From a bacterium (lineage in GTDB: Bacteria; UBA8248), in the NCBI GenBank assembly GCA_963692865.2, contig OY843592.1, positions 3,616,001 to 3,680,000 of the forward strand: DNA of 64,000 bases, in the 5' to 3' direction. Position 1 is the stretch's first letter. Every line of letters begins with the position of its first letter. Of this stretch, positions 19,456-29,490 are shown piece by piece. Position numbers and translations under genes: made by a program. A model generated the notes under the pieces. That model saw nothing but the letters and a program-made list of their open reading frames with translations. It did no database searches and was not told where the DNA came from.

Positions 19456-20796
19456 TCACCGCTCATCGACGAGGCGGCGGGCCTTCACGTCGCGCATCGG
19501 GTCGTGGATGACGCCCGGGGCTACGAACTCGAGAACGGGCCGTATCATCACCGCGCCCCGCACCCGCTCCGGCAGGGAGGCGCGCAGCCGCTCGCGCTCC
19601 GCATCCTCGGCTTCCAGGCGGATGACCATCTCGTCCATCGAATCCGCATCCTCGGCCGCGGACTTGCGGATCCTGACCTGAAACTCACGGATCGCGCGTT
19701 CTTTCGAGAGGAGGTCGAAGACGATATCGGGGTTCATGAGCATCCCGCGCACCTTGAGCAGGTCGCCCGTCCTGCGCGGAAGACGCACGATGCGCTCGCC
19801 CAGCCGCCCGCAGTGCGGGCACGGCTCCCATCTGAGCGCGATGATATCCCCAATAAGATAGCGAAGAAACACCGTGCCCCTGCGGTGTAAGTGCGTGAGG
19901 GCTATCGCCCCCTCCTCTCCTTCCGGCACGGGCGCGCCCGTCTCGGGGTCGACGACTTCAAGCAGGTAGAGTTCGGGCACGACGTTGTGCGGCATCGCAT
20001 CGTTCGCACACTGCACGAGGCCGCCCTGCATTTCCGTCGCCGCGTAGCGCACGCGCACTTGGGGGTCATCCGCCCCGAACCAGCGCAGATGATCCATATA
20101 CTCCTCGCGCAGTGCGCCGCTCACCGCCTCCCCCGTGGTGAGCACCATGCGCGCGCGGTCGAGCTTGACGCCGCGCTCGCGCGCCCTCCTCAGAAAGCGG
20201 CGGGCGAAACTCGGCACTCCCCAGATGATGGTGGCTCCCGATTCGGCCACCACATCGACCGCCTCATCGAGCGAGCGCCGTACGGGGTATTCGGGATGCG
20301 GACTGCCCGTGAGCGCGCTCACCACGGGAAGACCCATGATTTCCGCGGAGCGCACGCAGCAGAGAAACCCGCCCAGCGGCATGGGCGAGAGCGGGTAGAG
20401 ATTGGCGATGACGTCGCCTGCCCCCAGACCCTCCGCCTCGTTGCAGACCCGCGCCTGGAGCATGATGTGGTACTGGTCGTGCGTGGTGTTGAAAAATGGC
20501 GAGGGCCGCCCGCTCGTGGTGCCCGTGGTGTAGGCCACGTTCCACATGGTGCGCTCCTCGAAGGGAAGCTCGGGCAGCCAGGCGGGGTCGAGACTGAAAT
20601 CCTCGGGCGCCGCCATGAAGTCTTCTTTTTTCGTGAGGGGAATCTTCTGGAGGTCGTCCAACTCCTTGACCGCCTCGGGAATCAGGTTCGCCTCGGCGAA
20701 ACGGCGCTTGTAGAAAGGGTGCGCCCGTCCGCACAGGGCGACCATTCTCTGCAGGCGTTTTCTCCTCAACTCAAGCAATGCGTCCTGCTCGTTCAT
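19456..20796 (-). CDS. Phenylacetate-CoA ligase family (adenylate-forming) protein
   Basis: YTTGTTSGRP P-loop, YAATE, LRYLIGD, RTGDLLKVRG. Confidence 0.85.
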   Translation of the reverse strand: MNEQDALLELRRKRLQRMVALCGRAHPFYKRRFAEANLIPEAVKELDDLQKIPLTKKEDFMAAPEDFSLDPAWLPELPFEERTMWNVAYTTGTTSGRPSPFFNTTHDQYHIMLQARVCNEAEGLGAGDVIANLYPLSPMPLGGFLCCVRSAEIMGLPVVSALTGSPHPEYPVRRSLDEAVDVVAESGATIIWGVPSFARRFLRRARERGVKLDRARMVLTTGEAVSGALREEYMDHLRWFGADDPQVRVRYAATEMQGGLVQCANDAMPHNVVPELYLLEVVDPETGAPVPEGEEGAIALTHLHRRGTVFLRYLIGDIIALRWEPCPHCGRLGERIVRLPRRTGDLLKVRGMLMNPDIVFDLLSKERAIREFQVRIRKSAAEDADSMDEMVIRLEAEDAERERLRASLPERVRGAVMIRPVLEFVAPGVIHDPMRDVKARRLVDER

Positions 20797-20818
20797 CAGG
20801 TATCGTTCCTTCTCTCAC

Positions 20819-21220
20819 CTAAAAAATTCCGGCCTTTCGCTGCAGCCAGCGCACGTATTGCACGATAAGGGCCACATCCTCGGGCTTCACGCCCGGCACG
20901 GGCGCCATGTCGCCGAACTTCCAGTGGTGGCTCTTCACCCCACGCGCGACGGCCATGAAGAAAGCGCCGTCCCCGTGGTGGGAGGGTTCGTAAATCTTGT
21001 GCACCAGCGGCGGGCCTATTCGGGTACCCTTGGCTTCCGGTCCGTGGCAGCGCATGCAGTTGCGCGCGAACAGCTTTTTCCCTTGGTTGATTTGCGCCAT
21101 ATCCTCCGTTACGGGGACGCGCGTCTGCCGCCCCGGCGGCTCGGGCCTTTTCGTCAACATCAAGAGGGCGGCGAACCCGACAACCAGGAAAAGCCCCGCC
21201 GCCAACGCCCTGTTCATCAT
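20819..21220 (-). CDS. Membrane-anchored monoheme c-type cytochrome
   Basis: N-terminal TM helix, CMRCH heme motif, GPPLVHKIYEPSHHGD, HHWKFGDM. Confidence 0.88.
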   Translation of the reverse strand: MMNRALAAGLFLVVGFAALLMLTKRPEPPGRQTRVPVTEDMAQINQGKKLFARNCMRCHGPEAKGTRIGPPLVHKIYEPSHHGDGAFFMAVARGVKSHHWKFGDMAPVPGVKPEDVALIVQYVRWLQRKAGIF

Positions 21221-21316
21221 TCAAATCCTTTCCAAGTGCGCAACGTATCGGCAGAGCGTCTCACCGCTTCCGCATCAACCGTGTGGAGGCTTGCGCCTAA
21301 GTCGAGCCGAGACAGC

Positions 21317-22726
21317 TTAAGTGGATTCGCGCGCCGATTTCAAACCCCGAACGCCCGCGAAGCCCTGGAGTTCCCCGCTCCTCGCCCACAGGGAAAACCA
21401 CGCGAGCAGGAGCGCGCCGCTCAGTATCTGGCCGCCGCTCACCGCCCACCAGACGCCGCCCGCGCCCACCGCGAACCAGAAAGAAAGGAGCCAGGCGGCG
21501 GGAATCTGAACGCCCCAGCGGACGACGCCCTCCACCAGCATGGGCGGTTTCGAGCGTGAGACTCCCTGGAACGCGCCCGCTATCACCCGGCGGACGGATT
21601 CCATCAGCAAACCCGCGCAAAGGATTCTGAGCGCCATGACGCCCGTGGCGTTCCCCTCCATGCCGAAAAACGAGACGACCTCCCGCGCCCAGACGAAAAG
21701 CGCGACGCTCACCGCCGTCATCAGTAGGCAGAGGGCGGCGACGGCGAGCCACACCGTGCGCGTGATGCGCTCGGGCTTCTCCGCCCCCAGGTTCTGGCCC
21801 ACCAGCGTGCGCACCGAGGCTTGCAGGCCGAAACTGGGCATCCGTGCGATCATCGTCACGCGGTTGCCGATGCTCCATGCCGCGAGGGCGCTCGCACCAA
21901 AGGGCGAGAGCATCCGCACCATGAGCAGCAGCGCGCTGCGCTCGAGCAGGTTCTGCGCCATGGCGGGCCATGCGAGGCGCGCCACGCGGGCGGTCTCGCC
22001 CCTTCTCGGGCGCAGGTCGGCCCATCTCAACTCGAGCCTCGACTTTCCCTTCACGATGAAGGCCAGCATGGTCAGAAAACCGCCCAGCCTCCCCACGCCG
22101 ATGCCGAAGAAGCTGCCCGCAAGGCCCAGGGCGGGAACCGGGCCCCAGCCGAACATGAGCAGGGGGATGAAAATGAGCGTCAAGACGGTGGAGGTGACCA
22201 CGCCCGCGATGGTGATGCCCGGCTCGCCGGTTCCCCGCAAAATCTGGCCGACGACGAACATGGCCTCCGCGGCGAGCAGCACGGCGAAGCCCGCGCGGAT
22301 GTAGACGACGCCCAAGGCGGCCAGCGCCGGGTCGCGCGTCATCAGGCCCATCAGGAGGGGAGCGAACCAAAGGCCCAGAAACGTGGCGACGAGGCTGAAT
22401 GCGCCGACCAGGAAGATGGTCTGCCCCGCCATGATCGAGGCGCCTTCGGCGTCGTTCGCTCCCACGCGCTGGGCCACGAGCGCCTGCCCTGCGATTCTCA
22501 AGCCGAACGGCGCCGAGCGGATGAACAGCAAGGTGATGAAGCCCAAGGACGCCGCCGCCAGGAACTCGGGGCCCATGCTTCCCAACCAGTAGATCTCGAA
22601 GATGCCGTCCAGATTGCGCAGGATGCGCTCGCCGCAAATCGGCACCGAGAGGCGGGTGATGGCCCAGCCGACCGAGCCTCTCGTGTAATCGTATCCGCGC
22701 GTGCTTTTGGAGGGATTCAGAAGCAC
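21317..22726 (-). CDS. MATE family efflux transporter
   Basis: Only the C-terminal ~470 aa of the 747-aa ORF is plausible: DYTRGSVGWAITRLSVP, ILRGTGE, GQNLGAEK; multiple TM segments. Confidence 0.85.
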   Translation of the reverse strand: MLLNPSKSTRGYDYTRGSVGWAITRLSVPICGERILRNLDGIFEIYWLGSMGPEFLAAASLGFITLLFIRSAPFGLRIAGQALVAQRVGANDAEGASIMAGQTIFLVGAFSLVATFLGLWFAPLLMGLMTRDPALAALGVVYIRAGFAVLLAAEAMFVVGQILRGTGEPGITIAGVVTSTVLTLIFIPLLMFGWGPVPALGLAGSFFGIGVGRLGGFLTMLAFIVKGKSRLELRWADLRPRRGETARVARLAWPAMAQNLLERSALLLMVRMLSPFGASALAAWSIGNRVTMIARMPSFGLQASVRTLVGQNLGAEKPERITRTVWLAVAALCLLMTAVSVALFVWAREVVSFFGMEGNATGVMALRILCAGLLMESVRRVIAGAFQGVSRSKPPMLVEGVVRWGVQIPAAWLLSFWFAVGAGGVWWAVSGGQILSGALLLAWFSLWARSGELQGFAGVRGLKSAREST

Positions 22727-22810
22727 ACCTCGACTTAGGTGGAGATACCGGAAAACAACCCGGCCATGATACGCTAGAGCACCCGATTCGTTAAGGGAGA
22801 AGGAGACCCG

Positions 22811-24079
22811 ATGCCGCACCCCGATTTCGAGCGCTGCGCTCGCCACATTACCGCCGACGCCGTGCTTGAGTTGCTGAGCGGCATGGTGGACATTGCAAGC
22901 CCTACGGGCGGAGAGACCGCAATGGCGCGCTATCTGGTGGAGCGCATGGCGCGCGCGGGGCTGGAGACCCGGCTGCAGGAAGTCGATCCCGGAAGGCCGA
23001 ACGCGGTCGGCGTACGCGAGGGATCGGGCGACGGCGTCAACCTGCTCCTCACGGGCCACATGGACACCTCCTACGACGGGAACGAGGACTACCTGAGCGG
23101 CGAAGGCTTCAAGCCCAGGGCCGTCCACCGGGACGGCTGGTTGTGGGGTCTCGGCGCCAACAACATGAAGAGCGGCCTTGCGGGCGCGCTGGCGGCCGTC
23201 GAGGCCATCTGCAGCGAAAACGTCGTGCTTCGCGGCGACCTCTCCCTCGCGGGCGTGGTGGGCGAGATAGAAAAAGCGCCCGTGGATGAATTCAAGGGTC
23301 AATCCTTCTCGGGCTACGGGACGGGCACGCGGCATCTCATCCTGCACGGTGAGACGGCGGATTGCGCCATCCTCGCCGAGCCGACGGGGCTCAAGGTCTC
23401 GAACGCGAACATGGGCGTCGTGTGGGCGAAGATCACCGCGAGCGGCACGATAAGCCACAGCGTCTTCTCGAATCGACCGGGGGTCGTGAACGCCGTGCGC
23501 GCCATCCACAAGATTCAAAGCGCCGTCGAGGCATGGATTCCCGATTACGAGGCGAGGCACGCCTGCATGGGCGAGCGCCCCAACGTAACGATAGCCGCCG
23601 TCCGGGGCGGGTGGCCCTGGCGGTTATCCCGAAACCCCGCCGAGGCGAGTCTTTATCTGGACATCCGCACCGTGCCGGGGCAAAGCACCGAAGACATCAA
23701 GCGCGAACTGCGCGCCGTACTGGATGGCGTCTCGGACGAAGCCGGGCGGACGTCGCTAACGTTCTACGTGAACGACCCGCCCACCCTGCTCGACCCGGAC
23801 GCGCCCCTCGTCCAGGCCGCGCTCCGGGCGCACGAAGAAGTGACGGGCGAGGCGACTGCGCCCGTCATCAGGCGGCCCGCAGCCGATTCCACGCATTTCA
23901 ACCGCTACGGCATCCCGTGCGTCTGCTACGGTCCCGGCGGGCGCATGCACCCTGAAGCTGAGAAGCAAGGCTTGATGCACGCCGTGGGCGAGCATGTGCT
24001 CGTAAACGACGTGGCGACGGCGGCCAGGGTCTATCTCGCCGCCGCGCTCTCGATCTGCAGCGAGCGCGCTCTTTCATAA
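22811..24079 (+). CDS. M20/ArgE-DapE family metallo-hydrolase
   Basis: AAGGAG RBS; LLTGHMDT, WGLGANNMKSG, ILAEPTGL, CYGPG, GEHV. Confidence 0.85.
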   Translation: MPHPDFERCARHITADAVLELLSGMVDIASPTGGETAMARYLVERMARAGLETRLQEVDPGRPNAVGVREGSGDGVNLLLTGHMDTSYDGNEDYLSGEGFKPRAVHRDGWLWGLGANNMKSGLAGALAAVEAICSENVVLRGDLSLAGVVGEIEKAPVDEFKGQSFSGYGTGTRHLILHGETADCAILAEPTGLKVSNANMGVVWAKITASGTISHSVFSNRPGVVNAVRAIHKIQSAVEAWIPDYEARHACMGERPNVTIAAVRGGWPWRLSRNPAEASLYLDIRTVPGQSTEDIKRELRAVLDGVSDEAGRTSLTFYVNDPPTLLDPDAPLVQAALRAHEEVTGEATAPVIRRPAADSTHFNRYGIPCVCYGPGGRMHPEAEKQGLMHAVGEHVLVNDVATAARVYLAAALSICSERALS

Positions 24080-24164
24080 TGCGCGGCAATGTCAGGAATT
24101 GCAGAGGTTTGAGGAGGTGGACGCTTCCACCTCACGTTCAGAATAGACGGATAAGGAAACCCGT

Positions 24165-25340
24165 ATGGATTTCGAGCTGAGTGAAGAACAGAAAAGCCTG
24201 CAACTCCTCGCCCGAAAGTTCGCGATGGAGGAGATGCTGCCCGTCGTGGCCGAACTCGAAAAGCGGCCAGACGGAGAGGACAAGTTCGCCTACGACCTGG
24301 TGAAGCGAGGCGCCGCGCTCGGCTTCCACTCCCTGGGCGTGCCCGAAGCGCACGGGGGCGACGGGGCGAGCGTCCTCACGCAGTGCGTCGTCGTGGAGGA
24401 GCTCTCCGTCGGCTCGCCGTCGGTCTCAAAAGTGTACAGCCATAACTGGAAGGCGATAGCGGGCCTCATCGCCGTGGCGACGCCCGAACAACTCGCGCGC
24501 GTGATCCCCGCCTATCTCGAAGACCCGCTCTATTGCATCGGCATCGCCATCACGGAGCCGGGCGCGGGCAGCGACAACGCGCTCCCCTTCGATGCGGACC
24601 CGGCTGCAGGCCCCGCGCTGAGCGCGGTGCGCGAAGGGGATTCCTATGTCCTGAACGGCATGAAGCAGTTCATCGCCATGGGCGCGCAGGCGAAATACGT
24701 CACCGCTTTCGCCCGGACGGACAGGAGCGTCCCGTGGACGAAAGGCACGACGGGGTTCATGATCTTCCCGCCGCACGAGGGCTTCGAGGCCGGGAGGCTG
24801 CACGACAAGGTGGGACTCAGGTGCTATCCCCAGCACGACCTCATCTTCCGCGACGTGCGCGTGCCCGTGGAGGACCGTCTGGGCGAGGAGGACAGGTTCC
24901 AGGAGGGCAGAAGGAGCGTCACCAACGTGGGCACCGTGGAGGCGACGGCCACCTCGCTGGGCATCGCGCGGCGCGCCTACGATCTGGCGCTCTCCTACGC
25001 GCGCGAGCGCGTGCAGGGCGGAAAACCCATCATCGAGCACGACCTGATCGGCGCGCTCCTGCTCGAGATGTTCACCCGCCTCGAGGCCGCGAGAACGCTG
25101 CTCTGGCGCGCCGCCTGGGGCATCGATGAGGGAGTTCACGATCAGAAACTCGCGAGGGCGACCAAGGTGCTCGCCGTCGAGACGCTGAACTACATGGCGA
25201 CCAAGGCGGTGGAAGTCTGGGGCGGGATGGGCGTGATGAAGGACGCGCCGGTCGAGAAAGTCTACCGCGATGCGATTCAGCTATACCACATGGGCAACAC
25301 GAACCAGGTGAACGTCCTGAAAGCCCTGCCCCACCTGTGA
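24165..25340 (+). CDS. Acyl-CoA dehydrogenase family protein
   Basis: MDFELSEEQ, AITEPGAGSD, LNGMKQFI, YARERVQGGKPI, WGGMGVM, VEKVYRDA. Confidence 0.92.
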   Translation: MDFELSEEQKSLQLLARKFAMEEMLPVVAELEKRPDGEDKFAYDLVKRGAALGFHSLGVPEAHGGDGASVLTQCVVVEELSVGSPSVSKVYSHNWKAIAGLIAVATPEQLARVIPAYLEDPLYCIGIAITEPGAGSDNALPFDADPAAGPALSAVREGDSYVLNGMKQFIAMGAQAKYVTAFARTDRSVPWTKGTTGFMIFPPHEGFEAGRLHDKVGLRCYPQHDLIFRDVRVPVEDRLGEEDRFQEGRRSVTNVGTVEATATSLGIARRAYDLALSYARERVQGGKPIIEHDLIGALLLEMFTRLEAARTLLWRAAWGIDEGVHDQKLARATKVLAVETLNYMATKAVEVWGGMGVMKDAPVEKVYRDAIQLYHMGNTNQVNVLKALPHL

Positions 25341-25471
25341 GTTTATGCCGACATCGAACCGCCTCTTGTCTTTCGCGCGGTTTTTGCGGATTCTACCTGT
25401 AGGAGAAGTGCTCATTTGATGAGCGCTTCGCGGAAAACCGCCCTATATTGAAATTTGTGGGGGACGCATAC

Positions 25472-25742
25472 AGGGTTGTTGAGAAAGACTCGGGAAACGA
25501 TTTGGGGTTGCCCGCACGCTTTTGATGTTCACTCCCCCCTTGAGGGGGTCGGGCTTCCCTGGGGGAAAGCCCGACAGAGGCCGAGTCCTTTGGATGAAGG
25601 CCGATGTGGTGGGGAGAGGTTTGCTCTGTGGCATGTCCCCCCACCGATTCGGTTTCGGGTTTACACCCTCACCTCATCGACTCCCCCTCAAGGGGGGAGT
25701 GAAATCCCGCACGCTTCTTCTTTAGAGTAATTCAACAACTCC
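25472..25742. mobile_element. Degenerate MITE-like element inserted into a REP-like palindrome
   Basis: Ends AGGGTTGTTGA and TCAACAACTCC; flanks GTGGGGGACGCATAC and ATGCATGCGTCCCAC rejoin into one palindrome; internal CCCCCTTGAGGGGG hairpins. Confidence 0.5.
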
Positions 25743-25895
25743 ATGCATGCGTCCCACGCCACAGAACCGAAATGGCGCTCGTTTGATCTACGCCGCCGGC
25801 ATGGACAGACTCGTAGGGACGCATATATGCGTGGGGCGGTCCCGAAGAGGAACCGCCGCCTACAGGTGAACCAGAAAGCATGAAGGAGGTTCGAC

Positions 25896-26288
25896 ATGAT
25901 AGAAAAAACCGAAGCGCAGTGGCGCGAACAACTCACGCCCGAGCAATACCACGTAACGAGGGAGGCGGGAACCGAGCGCGCCTTCAGTGGGAAATACTGG
26001 GACTGCCACGATGACGGCGTCTATGCGTGCGTGTGCTGCGGGACGGAGCTTTTCGAGGCCGAGACCAAGTTCGACTCGGGCACGGGCTGGCCGAGCTTCT
26101 ACCAGCCGCTCAAGCCCGAGAACGTGGGCGAGAAGGAGGACAACTCCTTCTGGATGCGCCGCGTGGAGGTGGTGTGTTCGAACTGCGACGCGCACCTGGG
26201 CCACGTGTTCCCCGACGGCCCTGCGCCCACCGGCCTGCGGTACTGCATGAACTCGGCATCGCTGGACTTGAAGCCCAAGTCCTCCTAA
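25896..26288 (+). CDS. msrB: Peptide-methionine (R)-S-oxide reductase
   Basis: GTERAFSG, CxxC pairs, [27 protein letters not shown] (Cys form). Confidence 0.96.
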   Translation: MIEKTEAQWREQLTPEQYHVTREAGTERAFSGKYWDCHDDGVYACVCCGTELFEAETKFDSGTGWPSFYQPLKPENVGEKEDNSFWMRRVEVVCSNCDAHLGHVFPDGPAPTGLRYCMNSASLDLKPKSS

Positions 26289-26321
26289 AAACAAGACACG
26301 GTCGAGGACGCACACATTAAA

Positions 26322-26358
26322 GGACGCTTCTCACACGAGCGGCGGGAAGCGTCTTTTT
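26322..26358 (+). terminator. Probable intrinsic terminator after msrB
   Basis: GACGCTTC...GAAGCGTC stem followed by TTTTT. Confidence 0.5.
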
Positions 26359-26383
26359 CACGGAATGACGGGAGAATAATTTC

Positions 26384-26827
26384 ATGACGATTCAACGCTT
26401 TCATAACGTATCGCTTACGGTCAAGGACGCGGACGCATCCTCAAAATGGTACGCCGAGAACTTCGGATTCGAGGTGGAATCGGATTCCGAGCGCACGCCG
26501 GATTTCTCGGAGCAGGTGACGGGCGTTCCGGGCGCGCACCTTCGCGTGGTGCACATGGGCGGCCACGGGCTGCACCTCGAACTCATGGAGTACAAGGGCG
26601 CGGCCGGCGATGCGGTGGACACCTCACCCAACAACGCGGGCTGCCTGCAGATCGGCTTCGTGGTGGATGACGCCGAAGCCCTTTATGAAAAGCTCCAGTC
26701 ACAGGGAACCGCCATGTGCTCCCCTGCCCCCGCCACGGTGCCGAGCGGCCCCATCCAGGGCTCCAAGATATTCTTCTGCAAGGACCCCGACGGCGTGGTG
26801 CTGAAGTTTCTTTCTATCAAGAAGTAG
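26384..26827 (+). CDS. VOC family protein
   Basis: HNVSLTVKD...WYAENFGF...LELMEY...FCKDPDG. Confidence 0.85.
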   Translation: MTIQRFHNVSLTVKDADASSKWYAENFGFEVESDSERTPDFSEQVTGVPGAHLRVVHMGGHGLHLELMEYKGAAGDAVDTSPNNAGCLQIGFVVDDAEALYEKLQSQGTAMCSPAPATVPSGPIQGSKIFFCKDPDGVVLKFLSIKK

Positions 26828-26854
26828 GGATTGGTGGATTGCAGGAGGTGCATC

Positions 26855-27472
26855 GTAGGGGCGGACCTAAGTGTCCGCCCTGTTTGCTTACGCTCTTGCC
26901 GTCCCTGCAAGGGCAAATCTATACGGCCGGCTCGCGAGCCGCCCCTACCAATCCCCTTTCCTCAATCGTTGGAAAAATTAACTCCCCCTTTGAGGGGGTT
27001 CACCGTCATTCCGGTGTGCGCCGGAATGACGAACAAACCGCACCACCTCGTGTAGTGACAGCCCCTCCTCGGGGCTGTCCCACAGGTCGCGACCCCGGAC
27101 AGGCGCTAGGGCCTGTCCGCTACGGTCGCCATCCGAGGGGGGATGCATAGGGGTCGCCGTCGGGATTGACCCACCCGCGCGGCATCGGGCCTCGCAAAAT
27201 ACTTGACGCCCTCATCCCGGTGCCCTGAACCCTCATCCTGAGTAGGCGCGTAAGCGCCGTATCGAAGGATGAGAAGGCATCTCTCCGGCGGGCGCGAATT
27301 TCGCCCTTCGATACGCCGCCTCCGGCGACTACTCAGGGTGAGGCGAAGCGGCGGGCTGCGCAGGACGAGGAGGGGGATTGCGCCGCATCGGACTTTTTCA
27401 ACAGTCCCTTGAGGGGGGAGTGATTTTTATTAACGCGACTATTTCTGGATTCCGGCGTGCGCCGGAATGACG
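26855..27472. repeat. Cluster of palindromic intergenic repeats (GTAG-type REP-like, GTCATTCCGG...CCGGAAT type, CCCTTGAGGG type, CTCATCCTGAGTAG type)
   Basis: GTAGGGGCGGACCTAAGTGTCCGCCC 26855; GTCATTCCGGTGTGCGCCGGAATGAC 27005; long palindrome 27232-27342; CTGGATTCCGGCGTGCGCCGGAATGAC 27445. Confidence 0.8.
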
Positions 27473-27526
27473 GCAACCTAAAAACAGCGGGGGCGGATTT
27501 CGAGGCAGGACTCGTTCTTCCGAAAT

Positions 27527-28033
27527 TCAACTCCTTCCATTTCCCCTCCATCCAAACCACAGACTCAACAACAGCAGAACGAACGCCGCGAGGCTCGCAA
27601 GGGTGCGGACGTGGTTCCAGATCGTCCATTCGGAGATATAGGAGACCATCACCCCCGCGTTCTCGGGCCTGATGGGGTCTAAGGCCGCGATTTCTGCGTT
27701 CAGCGGCACGTTGAAGACGCTGGTCACTCCGAAGGCACCGACCAGGTAGATGACGGCGGCGGAAAGCGCTAACCAGCACGCGGGAGCGTCTCTGCGAACC
27801 AGCGCGTGAAGCGCTACGCCGATGCAAAGTATCAATGCGCCGAAAAAACCGAGCGCGAAGACGGCGTTTCTCACGGCCAGATTGATCGCCTGCATGGCGG
27901 CCAGGGCGGCGAGCGGTTCCATCGCAGCAAGGCCGGGCATCACCACGAACGAGAACGCGAAGAAAAACCCGGCCATCACGCCGACCCAGACGGCGCAGGC
28001 CAGACGCAGCCAGGAGCCAAAGGACATCGCCAT
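27527..28033 (-). CDS. DUF1772/anthrone oxygenase family membrane protein
   Basis: AGFFFAFSFVVMPGL, AMQAIN, FNVPLN, WTIWNHVRT. Confidence 0.85.
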   Translation of the reverse strand: MAMSFGSWLRLACAVWVGVMAGFFFAFSFVVMPGLAAMEPLAALAAMQAINLAVRNAVFALGFFGALILCIGVALHALVRRDAPACWLALSAAVIYLVGAFGVTSVFNVPLNAEIAALDPIRPENAGVMVSYISEWTIWNHVRTLASLAAFVLLLLSLWFGWRGNGRS

Positions 28034-28465
28034 TACACATCCCCAAAGGCGGTTTTCGGGCCGCGAGCGCTCATCAGCCGCCCCGCCCATATCCATTTTT
28101 GGCGCATTGCGTAGGGATAAGCAAGAACCGCCTCCGCACCGGGTTGATTCGCATGTGAATGGTCTCCACGTATAAGGGAGTGGTTTGGTAAAACATTCTT
28201 CTCCCCGGTCGGCAAGCCTTCACACTTATCTGCTCAAATCCATGAGGGCGGCTCGCGAGCCGCCCCTACAAAAGCAAAACCGCAAAACTCCTCTCCTCGG
28301 CAGGCATTGACATTGGAATGACGACCATCTCGAACAGGCGACAAGCGACCTTCCACCCCCCCTTGCGGTCGCAACCAGCGTGAGGCCAAAATGTGCTCGC
28401 CTGCTCTCAGGAGCACAACAGGCGGTTCACGAATCACATTTCGAGAGACGAAAAAGGGAGACGCC

Positions 28466-29461
28466 ATGAACAAGCCTTCCATCGCGATAGTGACGACCGG
28501 CGGGACGATCTCGTCCAAATACGACACGCGGGGCGGGGAGAACGTACCCGCGGCGAGCGCGGAGGAGTTGATTGCCTCCGTTCCCGAACTCGCCAGTACG
28601 GCCCAGGCGCGCGTGGTGGAGCACTCGAACGTCACCAGCGACTTGATGGAGACGGCCACGGCATTCGGCCTCCGCGACCGCCTGCGCGGGATTCTGGCGG
28701 ACGAGGAAACGGCGGGGGCGGTGATCACCCACGGGACGGCCACGATGGAGGAGACGGCCTATCTCCTGGATTTGACCCTGGGAAGCGAGAAGCCCGTCGT
28801 GATCACGGGCGCGATGCGGAATTCCGTCGCCCGCGACGCGGACGGCCCGAGGAACATCTTCTACGCCGCGAAGATCGCAGCCTCACCCGAGGCGCGGGGC
28901 CGGGGCGTGATGGTCGCGCTGGACGGGGAGATATTCGCCGCGCGCGACGTCATCAAGGTGCACAGCCAGCGGCCCCACGCCTTCGCGTCCAGAGACGGCG
29001 GGCCCATCGGCGTCGTTTCCGATGCGGGCGTCTTCTTTCACTACCGCCCGGAGCGGCGGCTTCACTTCGAGGTCGACGGCGTGAAGGATAACGTGCAGTT
29101 CCTCACCGTAACCCAGGGGGTGAACGACCTGCTCGTGCGCGCGTGCATCCGCGAGGGGGTGGACGGGGTCGTGGTGGAGGGCGTCGGCGCGGGCAACGTG
29201 AACCTCCCCTTTTACCATGCCCTGTGCGACGCTCTCGAAGCGGGAATCCCCGTGGTGATCGGGGTGCGCATCTTCGCCGGCGCGCCGCACCGCGCCAAGG
29301 CCCACGCAGGCTCGTTCCTGAGCCTCATAGAGCGCGGGGCGATATCCGCGGGCTATCTGAGCGGCATCAAGGCCCGCACCCTGCTCATGGTGGCGCTGGC
29401 GCATACCGAAGACCGGGAGGAGCTGCACGATATCTTCGAGCGCGTCGGCGGACGGGCGTAA
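28466..29461 (+). CDS. Asparaginase/glutaminase family protein
   Basis: VTTGGTISS, THGTATMEETAY, KPVVITGAMR, DGPRN, GVGAGN, KARTLLM. Confidence 0.9.
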   Translation: MNKPSIAIVTTGGTISSKYDTRGGENVPAASAEELIASVPELASTAQARVVEHSNVTSDLMETATAFGLRDRLRGILADEETAGAVITHGTATMEETAYLLDLTLGSEKPVVITGAMRNSVARDADGPRNIFYAAKIAASPEARGRGVMVALDGEIFAARDVIKVHSQRPHAFASRDGGPIGVVSDAGVFFHYRPERRLHFEVDGVKDNVQFLTVTQGVNDLLVRACIREGVDGVVVEGVGAGNVNLPFYHALCDALEAGIPVVIGVRIFAGAPHRAKAHAGSFLSLIERGAISAGYLSGIKARTLLMVALAHTEDREELHDIFERVGGRA

Positions 29462-29490
29462 AAAAATATGGCCGAAAAGGGGCCGCGCGC

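Noticed and set aside
22727-23560. N-terminal extension of the 747-aa MATE ORF
   Set aside because: It is the antisense shadow of the M20 hydrolase; MATE similarity starts only near 22726.
25896-26288. msrB as a third selenoprotein
   Set aside because: The catalytic motif is RYCMNS with a Cys codon; there is no in-frame TGA.
26716-27672. Short ORFs within repeat clusters (e.g. reading WIPAFAGMT or PPLRG-like peptides)
   Set aside because: They are translations of palindromic repeats, not genes.
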